A DNA stretch of 64,000 nucleotides from Bacteroidales bacterium (GTDB lineage Bacteria; Bacteroidota; Bacteroidia; Bacteroidales; GCA-2748055), in contig JAUUZQ010000002.1 in the NCBI GenBank assembly GCA_030589895.1, positions 8,850-72,849 on the forward strand, given 5' to 3'. Shown one piece after another: positions 28,956 to 39,505 of this stretch. How positions within the stretch are numbered: the stretch's first letter is position 1; the number at the start of each line of letters is the position of its first letter. A program made the position numbers and the translations under genes. The notes beneath the pieces were generated by a model. That model made no database searches, was not told the DNA's origin, and saw only the letters and a program-made list of their open reading frames with translations.

Positions 28956-30455
28956 TTAGCGTAATCGCTTGTTAAGTAACCAGGGTGTAATATTTTTACT
29001 TTTCTCCACATTTAATGTCTTTCCTTCTGCATCTCCTACTTCTCTAACATAGTCATAAACAGCAAAGAATGCTGCCAGCATTTCTTCATCAGGTGCATTA
29101 TGGTAATGAATTTTTAACTCATTGGTTAAAAATGAGGTATTGAATTTCCCTTTTCTGAAGTTTTTATTCTGAAGGACTGCCCTGCAGAATGAAAGTGTTG
29201 TTTTGGTCCCTTTAATCCAGAATTTTTTAATTGCCTGAGAGGAAAGTTGCAGTGCTTTTTCCCTTGTATCACCATAAATGATCAGTTTTGCGATCATTGA
29301 ATCGTAATAGGGTGTTATCACTGAACCATCTCTTACACCTGTATCTACCCTAATATTATCACCTTCGGGCCAGGTAATTTTTTCAATTGTTCCGAGGCTT
29401 GGTGAAAATCCTGATTGTACATCTTCAGCATTAATTCTGAATTCGATGGCCCAACCTTTTAATTTAATATCCTTTTGTTTGAAGGCTAGTTTTTCTCCCT
29501 GTGCAATCAGAATCATCTGTTCGATCAGGTCAATTCCGGTGACCATTTCAGTAACAGGGTGCTCCACCTGAATTCTTGTATTCATTTCCATGAAGTAGAA
29601 TTCCTTTTTGGCATCAAGCAGAAATTCCACTGTCCCGGCAGAGTAATATCCCACGCCTTTAGCAATATTGACAGCAGCTTTACCCATTCTTTCTCTTAAT
29701 TCAGGATCCAGGGCAGGGGAGGGTGACTCTTCAAGAAGTTTTTGATGTTTACGTTGAATGGAGCAATCCCTTTCCCCAAGGTGTACTACATTTCCATGTT
29801 GATCGCCCAGAATCTGGAACTCCACATGTCTGGGCTCCTGAACATATTTTTCGATGAACATGTTCGGGTCATTGAATGCTTTTGCTGCTTCATTGGAGGC
29901 GATGTTGTACATTCTTTCAACTTCGCTTTCTTTCTCAGCCACGCGCATTCCACGACCACCTCCACCAGAGGCAGCTTTCAGAATTACGGGGTAGCCAATT
30001 TTATTTGCCATTACTATTGCTTCCTTAGCATCTTTCAGGTTTCCTTTGCTACCTTCCAGCAATGGCACATTGTTTTTCCTGGCGTACTCCTTTGCAACAG
30101 TTTTGTTTCCCATCTGGTAAATAACCTCTGATGAGGGCCCTATGAATATGATGCCTTCTTCTTTGCATCTTTGTGCAAAATGAGGGTTTTCAGCAAGGAA
30201 TCCATATCCGGGATGGATGGAATCAATCTTGTTTTCCTTTGCTGCATAAATGATTCGTTCAATATCCAGAAACTCGGCTATGTCGCTAAAACATTCCGTA
30301 AAATCGATAATGTGATCTGCCTCTTCAAGATACCAGGCATTTGGCTCTTTGACTGTTTTAATCACATACGATTGGATATTCATCTTACGGGCAGTACGGA
30401 TAATCCGCATAGTAATTTCTCCCCGGTTGGCGATAAGAATACTTTTTATCTTCAT
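28956..30455 (-). CDS. accC: biotin carboxylase
   Basis: It has KILIANRGEI, the ATP-grasp GGGGRGMR, and EMNTRIQVEHPVTE. Confidence 0.9.
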   Translation of the reverse strand: MKIKSILIANRGEITMRIIRTARKMNIQSYVIKTVKEPNAWYLEEADHIIDFTECFSDIAEFLDIERIIYAAKENKIDSIHPGYGFLAENPHFAQRCKEEGIIFIGPSSEVIYQMGNKTVAKEYARKNNVPLLEGSKGNLKDAKEAIVMANKIGYPVILKAASGGGGRGMRVAEKESEVERMYNIASNEAAKAFNDPNMFIEKYVQEPRHVEFQILGDQHGNVVHLGERDCSIQRKHQKLLEESPSPALDPELRERMGKAAVNIAKGVGYYSAGTVEFLLDAKKEFYFMEMNTRIQVEHPVTEMVTGIDLIEQMILIAQGEKLAFKQKDIKLKGWAIEFRINAEDVQSGFSPSLGTIEKITWPEGDNIRVDTGVRDGSVITPYYDSMIAKLIIYGDTREKALQLSSQAIKKFWIKGTKTTLSFCRAVLQNKNFRKGKFNTSFLTNELKIHYHNAPDEEMLAAFFAVYDYVREVGDAEGKTLNVEKSKNITPWLLNKRLR

Positions 30456-30464
30456 AATAGACGA

Positions 30465-32024
30465 TTACAGAGGAATATTTCCGTGTTTTCGTGTTGGGTT
30501 TGTGATATATTTATTCTCAAGTGCAAGAAATGCAGATTTCAGTTTCTTCCGTGTAGTAGCAGGGTCGATAACTTCATCAATAAATCCTTTCTCATCAGCT
30601 ACATATGGATTGGCAATCTCTTCTCTGTATTTTGCAGCAAGTTCTTTTTTCAAGCCAGCAGGATCTTTTGAAGCTGCCAACTCTTTTCTGTACAGGATGG
30701 CAACAGCTCCTTCCGGTCCCATAACAGCGATCTCAGCTGTTGGCCAGGCAAAATTAAAGTCTCCCCCCAGATTTTTACTATTCATTACACAGTAAGCTCC
30801 ACCATATGATTTTCTTAAGATCACAGTTATTTTTGGTACTGTAGCATCGGCATATGCATATAAGAGTTTAGCTCCATGTCGAATAATACCGTCGTGCTCC
30901 TGATCTACTCCAGGCAAAAATCCTGGTACATCTTCAAGTGTAAGTAAGGGAATGTTAAATGAGTCGCAGAAGCGAATAAAACGTGCAGCTTTATTTGAAG
31001 AGTTAATATCCAGTGTTCCTGCAAGTACTTTTGGCTGGTTGGCAATAATACCAATTACTTTGCCATCGATACGTCCAAATCCAACTACAATATTTTGCGC
31101 ATAGAGCTCTCCAATCTCATAGAATGATCTCTTGTCAACAAGAAGTTTAATTACGTCCTTAACATCGTAAGGTTTGTTAGGATCGTCGGGAGCAATATCT
31201 CTAAGTTTCTCCTCTATATCTTTGGTCTCCTTCTTATCAATATCTACTTCAGGAGGGTTCTCTAGGTTATTCGCCGGAAGATATGATATGAGTTTTCTAA
31301 CACCCATCAGTGTGTTCTCTTCATCTTCATACACCATTTGAGCTACACCACTTTTCTTGGCATGAACCTCAGCACCCCCAAGGTCATCAAATGTCACATC
31401 CTCATTGAGAACTTCTTTTACAACATTCGGACCGGTTACAAACATGTAACTGGTTTTATTTGCCATAAAAATAAAGTCGGTAATCGATGGAGAGTAAACG
31501 GCACCACCTGCAGCAGGCCCCAGGATAACAGAGATCTGAGGGATTACTCCGGATGCCTGTACATTTCTATAGAAGATTGCAGCGTAGCCGGCCAGACTGG
31601 CGACTCCTTCCTGAATTCTTGCCCCCCCTGAGTCGATTAATCCGATAATCGGGGCACCCATTTTCAGGGCCATATCCTGTATTTTGGATATTTTGGCAGC
31701 ATGTATTGAGCCGAGCGATCCACCCATTACATTGAAATCCTGTGCATAGCTAAATGCCAACCTACCCATAATCTGGCCATGTCCAATGATTACGCCATCT
31801 CCATAGGATTGTTGAATCTTACCAAAGCCACCATCGGACTTAGTCGGGGTCACAAATGCATCTATTTCTTCAAATGTCCCTTCGTCGAACAGGATATCTA
31901 TTCTTTCCCGGGCAGTTAATTTTCCTTTGGCGTGTTGTTTTTGCATCGATTTTGCATCGTATTGCGATTCAAACACTTGTTGCCTGTCAAGGAACTTCTT
32001 AAAATTTTTTCCTTTTACATCCAT
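30465..32024 (-). CDS. acyl-CoA carboxylase carboxyltransferase (propionyl-CoA carboxylase beta / methylmalonyl-CoA carboxyltransferase-like)
   Basis: The 519-aa product has a duplicated crotonase-like fold, with GGARIQEG and PKITVILRKSYGGAY motifs. Confidence 0.9.
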   Translation of the reverse strand: MDVKGKNFKKFLDRQQVFESQYDAKSMQKQHAKGKLTARERIDILFDEGTFEEIDAFVTPTKSDGGFGKIQQSYGDGVIIGHGQIMGRLAFSYAQDFNVMGGSLGSIHAAKISKIQDMALKMGAPIIGLIDSGGARIQEGVASLAGYAAIFYRNVQASGVIPQISVILGPAAGGAVYSPSITDFIFMANKTSYMFVTGPNVVKEVLNEDVTFDDLGGAEVHAKKSGVAQMVYEDEENTLMGVRKLISYLPANNLENPPEVDIDKKETKDIEEKLRDIAPDDPNKPYDVKDVIKLLVDKRSFYEIGELYAQNIVVGFGRIDGKVIGIIANQPKVLAGTLDINSSNKAARFIRFCDSFNIPLLTLEDVPGFLPGVDQEHDGIIRHGAKLLYAYADATVPKITVILRKSYGGAYCVMNSKNLGGDFNFAWPTAEIAVMGPEGAVAILYRKELAASKDPAGLKKELAAKYREEIANPYVADEKGFIDEVIDPATTRKKLKSAFLALENKYITNPTRKHGNIPL

Positions 32025-32254
32025 GAAAGTACTGGTATAGTTAAACTATAGGACCAAATCTCTAATAAAATTAAGCAAGAATGGGTCAAAAACCATAAGG
32101 CAAAACTATAAATAAAATCTAATTTTAGACTTGTAATTTCTATTTTGTTGATAGACTATTCTAACTCATTTGATTTAAAGCATCTTACACATAAAAACCC
32201 GTTAAATATTTTTGAATATCTCAATTTCAGACTCTTCATATTTGACTAAAAACA

Positions 32255-33961
32255 TCACTGAAAAAGCATTTTTCGATCTAGTTTTTCTCCTTCTCGATGC
32301 CAATCGCCCGGGACCAGGCTCCAGTTCAATAATGTATCCGGATTATAAGTTTCCTGATCAGCCAGATACCGCATTAAATGGTACCTTAAGTCAATTTGAG
32401 TTGCATGAACAATTCTCCCGGGTAACAAGTCTTTTTCGATTTTACTACCCATGGTCAGGTGTCCACCACCACCATTTCCCCTGTAGGAATTGATAGCAAC
32501 GAGGAAGGTATCACTTGCTGAAAATTCGGAGCCATCACTTTTTTGATGAATAGAGACCTTTTCTTCAACATGTTTTTGAAGATCAATGGTGTAATCTATA
32601 CCTGCTGCCGACGAGAAATTATAGTATTGATTCTGTAAACGGCTTCTGTTCTCAGGGTTAAGCAGAAGAAGATGATCATTTTTGCTGCTCATGGTATTGA
32701 ACCAAATTCCTGCAGCATGCTCAAGAAAACCATCAATTTCCTCTCCTGTAAGTTTCATTGTGTAGAGCATATTTTCAAAGCGGTACAATTTAAACATGTC
32801 AGAAACACATATTGGTCCGCTTTCAAGTATTGAATTAATAGCGAGAGGTGCGGTCAGTGAGATCTCTGCACCGGATTCTTTTAGTTGTACTTTATGGATT
32901 AATGAGATAAATGATGAAGGTCCAAACAGTCCATCGCGACTATACATAGGTGAACTTAATATGCTTACGGTATCTGAAAGATATGCTTTTACATCCTGAA
33001 ACTGAGGATCAAAAAGTGCTAAAAACTCAGGATCGGGTTCATACCTTGAGCACTTAACAAGCTTAGCTGCTATCTTTTTTTCCGGGGAAGAAAAATCTAT
33101 TAGAACTTCACCAATAGTTCTTGCGTGACTCCCGGGATCGATCACCAGAACGCTATCGCCTGAAACATTGATTATCCATTGCTTTGATAAGCGATGGTCA
33201 TGGCCGGCAAATATTATATCGAATCCGGGTACTTGTCTGGCAACCAATAAAGTGGCGTTTTCATTCATTGGGTCCTTTTCAGTTTTCCCTCCATATGTTG
33301 GATCTGTGCCTGAGTGAAAAAGACCTATCATTACATCAGGTTTTTCCTTCTTCAGAATAATGGGAACCCATTTTTGTGCTGTTTCGACCATGTCCTCAAA
33401 ACGGAGATCTGGCCATAGCGATTTTGGGAGCCAGTTTGGGATACCGGGTGTGATAAGTCCCAATACGGCAATTTTCCTACCTCCTTTTTTAATAATGGTA
33501 TAGGCTTGAAATCCCGGTTCATTTGTATGGATATTAATGGCGTTGGCAGCCAGCCATGGGAATTTAAATTCTTTTTCAATTTTATAATATACATCTGGAC
33601 CGGCTTCAATATCGTGATTTCCAACACTACCGGCATCGTAATCCATATAGTTCATTGCCTGGGCACTGATGTGGACAGTATCCTTTTTGATCGTGTTATA
33701 GTAATATACAGTGGGTTGTCCCTGCAGGAAGTCTCCATTGTCTAATAATACAAGAGAAGTATCTGAAGCTAAGCGTTGATTTTTCAGGTATGAACTTACA
33801 TGCGCCAATGAATGGTCTGCAGTCTCCATTTGTATCAGGTCCATGGGGTAAATCATACCATGAACATCTGTTGTAACTGCAATTTTAATATAATCACTTT
33901 TACTACAGGAATAAATAAGAAGAAGGGATAAGAATAATAATACGTTTCGAGATATTTTCAT
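32255..33961 (-). CDS. bifunctional metallophosphatase / 5'-nucleotidase (UshA-like), secreted
   Basis: It has a lipobox-like N-terminus, the TTDVHG, DNGDFLQG, GNHDIE and GHDH metallophosphoesterase motifs, and a C-terminal 5'-nucleotidase domain. Confidence 0.75.
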   Translation of the reverse strand: MKISRNVLLFLSLLLIYSCSKSDYIKIAVTTDVHGMIYPMDLIQMETADHSLAHVSSYLKNQRLASDTSLVLLDNGDFLQGQPTVYYYNTIKKDTVHISAQAMNYMDYDAGSVGNHDIEAGPDVYYKIEKEFKFPWLAANAINIHTNEPGFQAYTIIKKGGRKIAVLGLITPGIPNWLPKSLWPDLRFEDMVETAQKWVPIILKKEKPDVMIGLFHSGTDPTYGGKTEKDPMNENATLLVARQVPGFDIIFAGHDHRLSKQWIINVSGDSVLVIDPGSHARTIGEVLIDFSSPEKKIAAKLVKCSRYEPDPEFLALFDPQFQDVKAYLSDTVSILSSPMYSRDGLFGPSSFISLIHKVQLKESGAEISLTAPLAINSILESGPICVSDMFKLYRFENMLYTMKLTGEEIDGFLEHAAGIWFNTMSSKNDHLLLLNPENRSRLQNQYYNFSSAAGIDYTIDLQKHVEEKVSIHQKSDGSEFSASDTFLVAINSYRGNGGGGHLTMGSKIEKDLLPGRIVHATQIDLRYHLMRYLADQETYNPDTLLNWSLVPGDWHREGEKLDRKMLFQ

Positions 33962-34204
33962 TTTATAAATTTACGCTAATAGAACATTAATGTGTGCTTT
34001 CTGTTCAAAAATAATTATGATTAAGCCTCCTTTGATTTTCCTGATTGTTATTGTGAGAGTCTGTGATCATGGCATTTACCCGTTTTTATATTTAGACTCT
34101 TTATATATTAGTCTGTTAGAGAAGAAAATGGCCTGAATATTGCATATATATGGGAAAAGTGAATAAATTGTGAATCAGATATCAATAACTTAAAACTAAT
34201 AATC

Positions 34205-34738
34205 ATGTTACTAAAGAAAACATTCATTATCGCTTTGTTGGCACTGTTTACTGGGAGTGTACTACAAGCCCAAAATTTCAAGTACATTGGTGCTGCCAAG
34301 TGCAAAATGTGCCATATGAAACCTGCTAAAGGCGAGCAATATAAAAAATGGCTGGAAGGTCCTCATGCCAGCGCTATGAAAACGTTGAGCGGAGATAAGG
34401 CAAAGGAAATTGCAGCTGCCAAAGGTATTGCTGATCCTGCTACAGATCCTGGTTGTCTGAAATGTCACTCAACATATGGTCATATTGATAGCAAGCTTGC
34501 TGCCGGACTAAAAATGTCTGAAGGAGTGTCTTGCGAATCTTGTCACGGACCCGGTAGTATGTACAAGAGTGCATCGGTTATGAAGAAACGAGATCTTGCC
34601 ATGCAAAAGGGAATGATACTTGCTACTGAGGAAGTGTGCAGAACTTGTCACAATGAGGAGAGTCCAACATACAAGCCATTTGATATGGCAAAGTTCTCTG
34701 CAGAAATTGCGCATCCTGATCCTACACAGGCTGATTAG
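34205..34738 (+). CDS. periplasmic tetrahaem c-type cytochrome (cytochrome c554-like small multihaem family)
   Basis: It has a signal peptide and four CXXCH motifs (CKMCH, CLKCH, CESCH, CRTCH) in 177 aa. Confidence 0.85.
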   Translation: MLLKKTFIIALLALFTGSVLQAQNFKYIGAAKCKMCHMKPAKGEQYKKWLEGPHASAMKTLSGDKAKEIAAAKGIADPATDPGCLKCHSTYGHIDSKLAAGLKMSEGVSCESCHGPGSMYKSASVMKKRDLAMQKGMILATEEVCRTCHNEESPTYKPFDMAKFSAEIAHPDPTQAD

Positions 34739-34761
34739 TATATACTGATTTAATAAGATAT

Positions 34762-34800
34762 AAAATCCTCTGGTTTCATAAACCAGAGGATTTTTCTTTT
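34762..34800 (+). terminator. rho-independent terminator after the tetrahaem cytochrome gene
   Basis: The palindrome aaaatcctctggttt cat aaaccagaggatttt is followed by tctttt. Confidence 0.7.
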
Positions 34801-34842
34801 CTTTAGCATTATATAAATAATTATCACTTAATCTTTAATACC

Positions 34843-35514
34843 GTGAGAAATATAGTATTTGCAATCTTGATCCTAATTGTTTTTTCTTGTAAAAGCAATG
34901 TCCCTGATGGATATATAAGCGTAATTGTAAAAGAAGTTGAACAGGTTGGAAGCTACACCTATTTGTTGGTAAAGGCAAAAGGACCGGAATATTGGATTGC
35001 AGTATCTTCAATGGATGCACATTCGAATGAGACTTACCAATATCAGGGAGGTTTGTTGATGCAGAATTTTTATAGCAAGGAACTTGACAGGACATTTGAT
35101 GAAATTCTATTTCTGGATAATATAATTGGCAGTTCTGAAACATCTGCAATGAAAACTAAGGATGTGACTCCGGGAAGTATGGTGAAAATTGAAAAATCTG
35201 ATGTTTCAGTTGAAGCAATAGCTGGTGCTGTGACTATCGCTGAACTATTTGCTAATCCTGGAAAATATGAGAATAAAACTATTCGTGTTAGTGGGGAGGT
35301 GACAAAATTTAATTCGGCCATTATGGAGCGTAACTGGACTCATATTCAAGATGGAACAGAACATGATGGAAAATTTGACCTGACCATTACTACAGTGGAA
35401 GTGTTTGAAGTGGGAACTACCGTTACAGTTGAGGGGGTATTGAAATTGAATCTTGATTTTGGTTATGGATACAGTTATGAGATCCTGCTGGAAAAAGCAA
35501 CTGTGGTTAAGTAA
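34843..35514 (+). CDS. lipoprotein with two OB-fold-like halves, function unknown
   Basis: It has a GTG start and a lipobox (LIVFSCKS). The second half (GKYENKTIRVSGEVTKFNSAIMERNWTHIQDGT...TVTVEGVL) looks OB-fold-like. It sits inside the cytochrome island. Confidence 0.5.
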   Translation: MRNIVFAILILIVFSCKSNVPDGYISVIVKEVEQVGSYTYLLVKAKGPEYWIAVSSMDAHSNETYQYQGGLLMQNFYSKELDRTFDEILFLDNIIGSSETSAMKTKDVTPGSMVKIEKSDVSVEAIAGAVTIAELFANPGKYENKTIRVSGEVTKFNSAIMERNWTHIQDGTEHDGKFDLTITTVEVFEVGTTVTVEGVLKLNLDFGYGYSYEILLEKATVVK

Positions 35515-35559
35515 CTGACCGCAGCTGAAAGACTATAATATTTTTTTATGGATTAAAGC

Positions 35560-38364
35560 TTATCCTTGTAAGAGAGAATAAATAATAAATCCAATCAGGG
35601 TAACACCGATCCCAAGTAACAGAAATCCAAAGAATTTAACGATTCGCATATTTTCTTTTGAAAATTTACGTCCGGACAATAATTTTTCCAGTTCACCTGT
35701 TTCTTTTAATTCCTCATATTCACGTGGACGTTCATGTTTGAAATGCTCTAATGGCATTTGTCCGGTGAATATAACTGTATCCATTGGGAATGCTTCCGGA
35801 CGAAAATGTGTATTAAAGAAGTGGATCGTAAAAATAAAACCTACTGCCAGCAGTGCTTCGTCGCTATGTATAATTTGAGAAATATTTATAGCCCATCCAG
35901 GGAGGAATTTTGTAAAAAAGATAGGGAACCAAAGCATTAGGCCACTGAGGCCGATCACGGCTACTCCCCAAAATACTGCCATATAATCAAACTTCTCCCA
36001 ATAGGTCCATCGACCATAGTTTGGTCTTGGACCTTTACCGACAAACCACTTCATTGTAGCTCCGAAATCTCTTATATCCTGCATATTAAACATCAGGGAG
36101 TTTTTGCCGAAAATGAATTTCATGGCAGATAATCTCTTTTGACGCTTATCCTTTATAAGGTTGTATACATGGTATGAAAAATATCCAAAAGTGATAACTG
36201 CCCCAAACCGGTGAATTACTCCTGCAGAATGAACACCTCCAATTAGCTTAGCAAGGAACTGGGCCCATTCCATATGGGCAAATTTTAACATCATTCCCGT
36301 CAGGGCCAATAGCATGAAACTCAGCATCACAAATATATGTGTAACCCTTTGGTTATCGCTGAACCTTCTGACAAAAATTTCTTCTTCTGGTTTAGGTTTT
36401 TTCTTTTTCTCCTTTATCTTCTTAAATCTTTCGTGCAATGATCTGGGCATCCATATGAGGAGATGGATGCCAAAGAAAATGAATACGCCCAATAGCAAGG
36501 TAGTCATGAAGATATAGGCGAAATGCAATCGAGGATCATCCTTGTGTGTTGCGTGACTAAGATAATTTGCAAATTTTTTGTTTGCCCCAGCATGGCAAGT
36601 TGCACATGTGTTCACAATATTCATTTGTGAAATTGTTGATTTAGGATTTGCCGCTTTCAGAATATTGTGGGCACCATGACAATCAGAACATCGAGCTGAC
36701 TCAAGAGAGCCAAGCTGGAATGCTTTTCCGTGATAGGTTTCCAGATAGGTTTCGGCGGTTTCCTCATGACAGGAGCCACATTGGCTTGTAACTTCATTCA
36801 TGAACTTATCCTGATCAACTTCAGAGATTACGTGTGCACTATGGCATTTAACACAAGTGGGATATTCCTTACCGTGATCATCCAGGGTAAATGCATGATC
36901 GCTCTCCATATATTGATCATAGATCCCCTTGTGGCAATTGCCACATGTTTTCTGAACATTGGTAGGATGGATTGACGATTGTTCATCAGTCTCTTTCAAC
37001 ATTAGGTGAGTTGTGTGACAGTCGGTACATACAGCACTTACTGTTAATCCTTTGCTTGTAAGTCCCTGTCCATGAACGCTTAATGAATAATCGGCAAATG
37101 CATTGATCTCTTTTAAATCTGTCGCCAGGGGGGCTTTCCCATCTTTTCGATGGCATTCACCACACAGTTTCGGTATAGCTGTTCTGTATACTGGTGATGT
37201 ATCATCATATCTCGATTTTGTGTCGTGGTCTCCGTGACAATCAGTGCAATAAGGTGCATTTTCCACCTCGTGGTAATGCGCCTGACCATGACCACTGGCA
37301 AAATACTTGTCAAATACCTCAGCGTGACATGAGGAACAATCGACCGGGGTATTTGTGGAACAGGGGCGTTTTAAATGATCAGTAACATTTGTATGACACT
37401 TGGAACATGGAATATTCTTATGAATTGAATTTGGCAGCTCAATTGGATTCACATAAAGTGATACTTTTTCATCCCCCAGCATTTTATGAATTTCTTCATC
37501 GGCATGGCATTTCATGCATGATTTGTCAGAAATCCTGGCCTGTATCATTGGCACATCGACTTTATGTGGAGGATGGCATGAGGAGCAGGAAGGAATAACC
37601 GATGGATCCTTTTCCCACAATTCTCCCTTGATGACCTTTTTATGAGTTTCTTCAATCCTGGTGTGACATTTCATGCATGTTCCGGCAATTCTGTTAGCTG
37701 ATATTGATGAATTTGGACTGGTATGAGGTAACACCAGATGGTTACCATGGCAATTGTTACAAGTTGCTGTGACGATCAATCCAGCTTCAAACAGACCTTT
37801 ACCATGAATACCCATGGTATAGTTTTCTACGATGTTATGTTCTGATACATCATAAGTGCGGGCAACAATCTCACCTTCTCTGTGGCATCTGCCACAAAGG
37901 AAAGGGATATTCATTTTATATGTTCTGGAAAGTGGATTACTGTTGTGCAGTATATCGTGGTTACCGTGACACTCTTTACAATCAGGAGCGTTAGAATCAT
38001 TCATTAGAAGAGCTTGCCCATGGATGCCCCTGGTATTATCCCTCATTGCATCAGTATGACAATTTCCGCAGTTTACGGGATTCAAATTTTCGAGATGTGG
38101 GAATCCTTCATCATCTGCATCAATGTGACATGAAATACAAGTGTTGCTATGGTGAACAGAGCCCTCAAAAATAGTTGTGTCAATAAACAATGATACAGTC
38201 CTTCCGTTCCGTTCTTTGGTTAAATCCGGATCTTCGTGACACATCATGCAATCTTCATCAGATTGAGCATAAATGTTTTCTGAAGTTGGGCCAATCAATA
38301 ATATTGAAATGAGCCACAGATACCTTGTAATAGCCAAGGTAGAATTGTAATAGCGTTTTATCAT
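35560..38364 (-). CDS. 19-haem c-type cytochrome fused to a C-terminal polytopic cytochrome-b-like membrane domain
   Basis: I counted 19 CXXCH motifs in residues ~38-600, many as CxxCHgxH pairs. These are followed by about 6 predicted transmembrane helices with conserved His (RVTHIFVML..., GVIHRFGAV..., [31 protein letters not shown]). Confidence 0.85.
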   Translation of the reverse strand: MIKRYYNSTLAITRYLWLISILLIGPTSENIYAQSDEDCMMCHEDPDLTKERNGRTVSLFIDTTIFEGSVHHSNTCISCHIDADDEGFPHLENLNPVNCGNCHTDAMRDNTRGIHGQALLMNDSNAPDCKECHGNHDILHNSNPLSRTYKMNIPFLCGRCHREGEIVARTYDVSEHNIVENYTMGIHGKGLFEAGLIVTATCNNCHGNHLVLPHTSPNSSISANRIAGTCMKCHTRIEETHKKVIKGELWEKDPSVIPSCSSCHPPHKVDVPMIQARISDKSCMKCHADEEIHKMLGDEKVSLYVNPIELPNSIHKNIPCSKCHTNVTDHLKRPCSTNTPVDCSSCHAEVFDKYFASGHGQAHYHEVENAPYCTDCHGDHDTKSRYDDTSPVYRTAIPKLCGECHRKDGKAPLATDLKEINAFADYSLSVHGQGLTSKGLTVSAVCTDCHTTHLMLKETDEQSSIHPTNVQKTCGNCHKGIYDQYMESDHAFTLDDHGKEYPTCVKCHSAHVISEVDQDKFMNEVTSQCGSCHEETAETYLETYHGKAFQLGSLESARCSDCHGAHNILKAANPKSTISQMNIVNTCATCHAGANKKFANYLSHATHKDDPRLHFAYIFMTTLLLGVFIFFGIHLLIWMPRSLHERFKKIKEKKKKPKPEEEIFVRRFSDNQRVTHIFVMLSFMLLALTGMMLKFAHMEWAQFLAKLIGGVHSAGVIHRFGAVITFGYFSYHVYNLIKDKRQKRLSAMKFIFGKNSLMFNMQDIRDFGATMKWFVGKGPRPNYGRWTYWEKFDYMAVFWGVAVIGLSGLMLWFPIFFTKFLPGWAINISQIIHSDEALLAVGFIFTIHFFNTHFRPEAFPMDTVIFTGQMPLEHFKHERPREYEELKETGELEKLLSGRKFSKENMRIVKFFGFLLLGIGVTLIGFIIYSLLQG

Positions 38365-38684
38365 GGTGTAGCGTTATATTAGAGAACATACATTGTGTTA
38401 ATTCTCCCTTACACTAACAGTATCAAATTACTTAGAACTTTAATTTACAGTTTCCCTTTTTTAATTCGGTATAGCAACTACTGTGAATCAATTATCAAAA
38501 ATATTAAAATTATGGGTTTAAAAAAGTCAGGCTTGTCTTTCCCTGTTTTTCCAGCTAAGGGTAATAAGCAGGAGGAGTAGGGTGTAAGTTGCAAGGTAAG
38601 AGGGTGATATGGAAAATTCAGAAAGAAATTAGACTTGTTTTGTATGGTTTTAGAATGGTTATAAATTGATGGAGTTTAGTTTTT

Positions 38685-38766
38685 TATAGATATGTCGCTC
38701 CATGAGCTAAGGGGGAAGTGGGAAACTTGTGGGATATAGATATATCGCTCTTAGGAGATAAGGGGA
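38685..38766. repeat. two ~32-nt direct repeats spaced 50 nt apart
   Basis: tatagatatgtcgctccatgagctaaggggga (38685) pairs with tatagatatatcgctcttaggagataagggga (38735). Confidence 0.5.
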
Positions 38767-38780
38767 TTTTTAGATAAAAT

Positions 38781-38816
38781 CCCCGGGTAATCATGATCTG
38801 TTGTGATTACCCGGGG
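38781..38816 (-). terminator. terminator closing the upstream cytochrome operon
   Basis: A 13-bp perfect stem (ccccgggtaatca / tgattacccgggg) with a 10-nt loop is followed by a U-rich stretch on the minus strand. It lies 47 nt after the cytochrome b stop. Confidence 0.65.
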
Positions 38817-38862
38817 TTATGCTTGTAACAGTCTTTCCAGACTTAGTTATTTTAATTTTGTA

Positions 38863-39501
38863 TTAATCTTCCTCCTCTTCATCTTCTTCCACAAGGGCAT
38901 ATCCATTGACAATACTTTTAAAATTGGCAGATTTAGATGCGCCAATAGTACTAACATAGATATGTATGATCAGGAATAGGGAGAGGAAGAATCCTGTTGC
39001 CACGTGAAGAATATCGGTGATTAAGATTCCGCCTACACCAAAGGGAGCTTTCAATACAGATTCAGGAAACATAAGGCCCAATCCTGAAATAATCACAAAG
39101 GGAACAGCCAGATACATAATCATAATATAGGAAATATGCTGCAGAGGGTTGAATTTTCTTTTTTCTGTAATAGGAAAGGGCTTTTTCTCACCTTTAAACA
39201 TACCAAACATATAATACATACCTTGCTTAATCAATCGGTTTATAATTCCTTTCCATTTTGTTCTGTAGTAGCATCCGTTTTCAGTAAACAAGTTGGCAAA
39301 AAAGAATATCAAGTAGCTAAAACTCAGTACTATGCCTGTGAAATTGTGAAGTTTAACGGCCCACGAGAATTCTATCAGAGGTCTGCCTGGATCTGCATAA
39401 TACATGCTTATTCCGGTAGCAATAAGTAACAATATACAGAGGGCATTTAAGATGTGCCAAATTCTGATAATAAGTGGATAGTGATATGATAATTTTGACA
39501 T
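38863..39501 (-). CDS. cytochrome b (FdnI/HydC/PhsC-type, four transmembrane helices)
   Basis: YPLIIRIWHILNALCILLLIATGISMYY is typical of the bacterial cytochrome b561 / Ni-hydrogenase cytochrome-b family, with His residues in helices 1, 2 and 4 and an acidic tail (EEDEEEED). The start is moved to the ATG at 39501, 4 nt after the upstream stop. Confidence 0.8.
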   Translation of the reverse strand: MSKLSYHYPLIIRIWHILNALCILLLIATGISMYYADPGRPLIEFSWAVKLHNFTGIVLSFSYLIFFFANLFTENGCYYRTKWKGIINRLIKQGMYYMFGMFKGEKKPFPITEKRKFNPLQHISYIMIMYLAVPFVIISGLGLMFPESVLKAPFGVGGILITDILHVATGFFLSLFLIIHIYVSTIGASKSANFKSIVNGYALVEEDEEEED

Positions 39502-39505
39502 CTTT

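Noticed and set aside
30171-30795. Antisense ORFs of 148-166 aa across the accC / carboxyltransferase junction
   Set aside because: They overlap two strongly supported genes on the opposite strand and have no motifs.
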